A stretch of 64,000 nt of DNA from Zoogloea oleivorans (GTDB lineage: Bacteria; Pseudomonadota; Gammaproteobacteria; Burkholderiales; Rhodocyclaceae). The notes under the pieces were generated by a model. It ran no database searches and was not told the DNA's origin. It saw only the letters and a list, made by a program, of their open reading frames with translations. Made by a program: the position numbers and the translations under genes. The stretch is from NCBI GenBank assembly GCA_030157785.1, contig JAOAUC010000046.1, positions 45,713 through 109,712 of the forward strand, read 5' to 3'. Shown one piece after another: positions 61,616-64,000 of the stretch (positions are counted from its first letter, which is position 1; each line of letters opens with the position of its first letter).

Positions 61616-62584
61616 TTAATTCCCCCTTTTTGATTTCTTAATAATGTCCGCGATGTGGTCGGGCGATTTCGCTTTTAGCCCGGCAAACTCAAAGACAAGG
61701 GCGGCCAGTTCCACAAGTCTGGATTTCTTGTCGCCCCAGACCCAGGCGGTACCACCGTTGCGAGTGTCTGCAGCACGGTAGAACGTGTCGCACGCCCTCG
61801 CGAGATCCAGCTGGTAGGGTTTTTCTCGGTTTCCTGCCCTATCTTTCTCTGCTGCGACTTTCTTCAATGCAACGCTGATTGCTTGTCGAAGCCCAATAAC
61901 GCCCATAGGCAGGTACGCGGGCGGGGCGCTGGCTGGGTGATGCTCGATCAGTAAAGCGCGACTTGCCGAGGCCTGAGACATTGCCTCAATGCTGGCAATG
62001 ACCGCGGCCGGAGCGTTCATGTCGCAGCCTCGTGCGGCAAGCTCTTCGCGTAGCCCGTCGAAACCTCGTGGAAGGGTGGCGCGGGGGCGGTCTTGGGGAA
62101 CGAACGCCGGAATGCGCAGGGACGCGGGGAAGTGAAGCTCGCGCCCCTGCGCATCAATGAATTTGCCGTGTTTGTTGATCTGCTCCGCGATCAACGCCAG
62201 GCTCTCCGCGTCGACAGCGGCCAACGTTTTGTCGTCGATGCTTCGCAAGGCCTCCAACAGAGCCCCGTTGTCGCCGATTTTCTCCAGGGCCACGAGCTGG
62301 GAGATCCGGTCATCTCGGGTCACGCGTGATGCGGTGTCCTTGGCGGCACCAGGGCCGCGTCCGGGGCTGGACCGCCTAGCTTCAGCCATTGCCACGAGGA
62401 TCGCGATCATCAGCGCACGTAGGGCATTCTCGGGCACAGGAAACGGATCGATAATCTTCTCTAATTCGGACTGAAGCCGGGGAAGTTTTTGGCGAAAATC
62501 GGCCTCGTCCTTGGCTGTGGGCAGTGCTCGGTATCCCCGGCGCGACGCGTGGGTGCCGTGCTTAAAGAGCGTGCGCCCCCTCAT
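61616..62584 (-). CDS. Hypothetical protein coupled to the integrase
   Basis: ATG overlaps the integrase stop (ATGA at 62581-62584). Confidence 0.6.
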   Translation of the reverse strand: MRGRTLFKHGTHASRRGYRALPTAKDEADFRQKLPRLQSELEKIIDPFPVPENALRALMIAILVAMAEARRSSPGRGPGAAKDTASRVTRDDRISQLVALEKIGDNGALLEALRSIDDKTLAAVDAESLALIAEQINKHGKFIDAQGRELHFPASLRIPAFVPQDRPRATLPRGFDGLREELAARGCDMNAPAAVIASIEAMSQASASRALLIEHHPASAPPAYLPMGVIGLRQAISVALKKVAAEKDRAGNREKPYQLDLARACDTFYRAADTRNGGTAWVWGDKKSRLVELAALVFEFAGLKAKSPDHIADIIKKSKRGN

Positions 62585-63870
62585 GCCGCAGAGTCCTTCT
62601 TCGGAAGCGGGATCACGTCTGCCTTGTCGGTCGAGCCCTTCAGGCCAGCGACGGCCACCGATGCGGCGCGCTCGCCCAGCGTGCTCCGGGCCTTTTCTGC
62701 AAAGTGGATGTAGCGCATCGAGGTCGATGCCTGGCGGTGGCCCAGGATCTCCATGATCTCGTTGAGAGAGGCGCCGTTCATTGCCATGTGCGATCCAACG
62801 GAGTGCCTGAGCCCGTGAAGGCCAATGTTCTGGGGCAATTCCGCTTCTTGACGGACTTTCTCCCAAGGCTTTGCGAGCGCCAGCGGGCCGCGACCCTTTG
62901 CCGGCTTGAAGACGTAGTCCTCAGGCTCGCCGGCCGGTTGCCGCGCGATAATCTCCAAGGCCGCCGCGGGTAGGGCGATGATGCGGGCCTTGCCGGTTTT
63001 GTGCCCCGTTTTATGCGATTTTGGCGGCAGGACGATTTGTCGGGCCTTCATATCCACCCAGGCCCAAATGAGCCTAGACGCCTCGCCACGGCGGGCACCG
63101 GTCAAGGCAATCAGGCGGATGGCGTCGGCGACGGCGGGACGGATGCGCTTCTCGTTCTCCATCTTTTCCACCGTGCCGAACAGGCGCGCATAGACCTCGG
63201 CGTCGTCGATGATGACGTCGCGCTCGCCGGACTGCGCGACCTTGACTCGCGCCGCGGGGTTTTCGGTCAGGTGCCCTTGGTCGATTGCCCAGGTGTAGGC
63301 AGCACGGAGAGCCAAAACAGCCTTGTCGGCAGTGCCAGCGCCGCCTGTCACCCTTGCGAGCCCGCGCGATTTAGTTTTCACCAGGGCGGCAGTTTTGCCC
63401 ACGGTGATCGCCGTGCGGGCGCGTTTGACGTCGTCCGAGGTGACCTGGTCGGCAAAACGGCTACCCAGCAGCGGACGAAGGTGGTGATTGATCCGGCCGA
63501 TATCGATGGGGCGGGTTGATTCGGCCTTGTCCGCGAACGCAGGGCTCGCCAGGTAGGCGTCGAGCAACTGCTCCACGGTCCATGCTTCCCGGCGTGCCTT
63601 GGCCGCTCCTTGCGGGTCGCCACCGCGGGTGACGTCTGCCAGCAATCCCTTTGCGACCTTGCGCGCTTGGTCGGTTGTCAGGCTGTCGGATAGCCTGCCG
63701 ATGGTGTAGCGCCGTGTCCGCCCCTCGGGGGTTCGATATTGGAGGACAAAACTCTTGGCGCCGGTCGGGAAGACCTTCAGGCCGAAACCCTTCAGTTCGG
63801 TGTCCCAGACGAAGCGCTCCTTGTCGGTGGGTTTCTCGGCTTCGACGCTGGTCTTCGTGAGCTTCGGCAT
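62581..63870 (-). CDS. Tyrosine recombinase/integrase with arm-binding domain
   Basis: WDTELKGFGLKV arm domain; LTGARRGE, HGLRHS, LGH....SMRY. Confidence 0.95.
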   Translation of the reverse strand: MPKLTKTSVEAEKPTDKERFVWDTELKGFGLKVFPTGAKSFVLQYRTPEGRTRRYTIGRLSDSLTTDQARKVAKGLLADVTRGGDPQGAAKARREAWTVEQLLDAYLASPAFADKAESTRPIDIGRINHHLRPLLGSRFADQVTSDDVKRARTAITVGKTAALVKTKSRGLARVTGGAGTADKAVLALRAAYTWAIDQGHLTENPAARVKVAQSGERDVIIDDAEVYARLFGTVEKMENEKRIRPAVADAIRLIALTGARRGEASRLIWAWVDMKARQIVLPPKSHKTGHKTGKARIIALPAAALEIIARQPAGEPEDYVFKPAKGRGPLALAKPWEKVRQEAELPQNIGLHGLRHSVGSHMAMNGASLNEIMEILGHRQASTSMRYIHFAEKARSTLGERAASVAVAGLKGSTDKADVIPLPKKDSAA

Positions 63871-63887
63871 GGTCCAGTTCTCACCAC

Positions 63888-63905
63888 AGAAAGCAGATAG
63901 TAAGC
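63888..63905 (+). repeat. Right putative arm-type repeats
   Basis: AGAAAGCagatAGTAAGC, the same 11-bp spacing and orientation as AGTAAGCgcatAGTAAGC at 30653-30670. Confidence 0.6.
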
Positions 63906-64000
63906 AGAAGGCGGGAAGTTAGAGTAAAAAAACGCCTGACGTCTGGACGAATAGTAAGAGTTAAGTTCATTTATTACAAGGGTTTAGTATTTATTGGTAA

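Larger units (their letters stand above)
30607..64000. mobile_element. Integrated phage-satellite-like (PICI/P4-like) element with defence cargo; right att site probably just outside the window
   Basis: Begins at the tRNA-His 3' end; AGTAAGC repeats at 30635-30670 and 63888-63905; integrase, Xis, Rep, DnaB, TerS, AlpA and C4 RNA present; no capsid or TerL seen. Confidence 0.8.

Noticed and set aside
47900-64000. Complete prophage or ICE
   Set aside because: No capsid, portal, large terminase, sheath/tube, relaxase or T4SS genes recognised in the window

Overview
GC-rich betaproteobacterial chromosome segment (Rhodocyclaceae-like by gene content; inferred, not searched) in three parts. (1) 1-13.6 kb: the 3' part of a giant repetitive exoprotein gene, followed by a secretion-like operon (GAF-HlyD adaptor, PqqD/M50-peptidase-HlyD fusion, secondary SecA-like ATPase, RND adaptor) with no ABC transporter in view. 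(2) 13.6-30.6 kb: housekeeping genes (two histidine kinases, tRNA-Leu, minCDE, hslO, Tex, tag, Pat-like acetyltransferase, tRNA-Pro/Arg/His). (3) 30.6 kb to beyond the window end: an element of >33 kb apparently integrated at tRNA-His, with matching AGTAAGC arm-type repeats at both ends. Its right half is a phage-satellite-like core: tyrosine integrase, Xis, iteron-containing Rep, DnaB, terminase small subunit, AlpA and a complete C4 antisense-RNA switch. It has no capsid or large terminase, but carries three putative contractile-tail-defining genes (tube-initiator-like, terminator-like, short tape-measure/GH19 lysozyme) near a repeated promoter motif. Its left half is cargo: an SOS-boxed SRAP gene, EndA, a mosaic of att-like fragments (trpG 5' end, tRNA-Leu and tRNA-Phe 3' ends), a proteasome-like Ntn protease pair, type I R-M with an embedded Doc-type toxin pair and a REP doublet inside hsdS, and a HipA-like kinase pair. 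All family calls are by motif recognition; no database searches were run.
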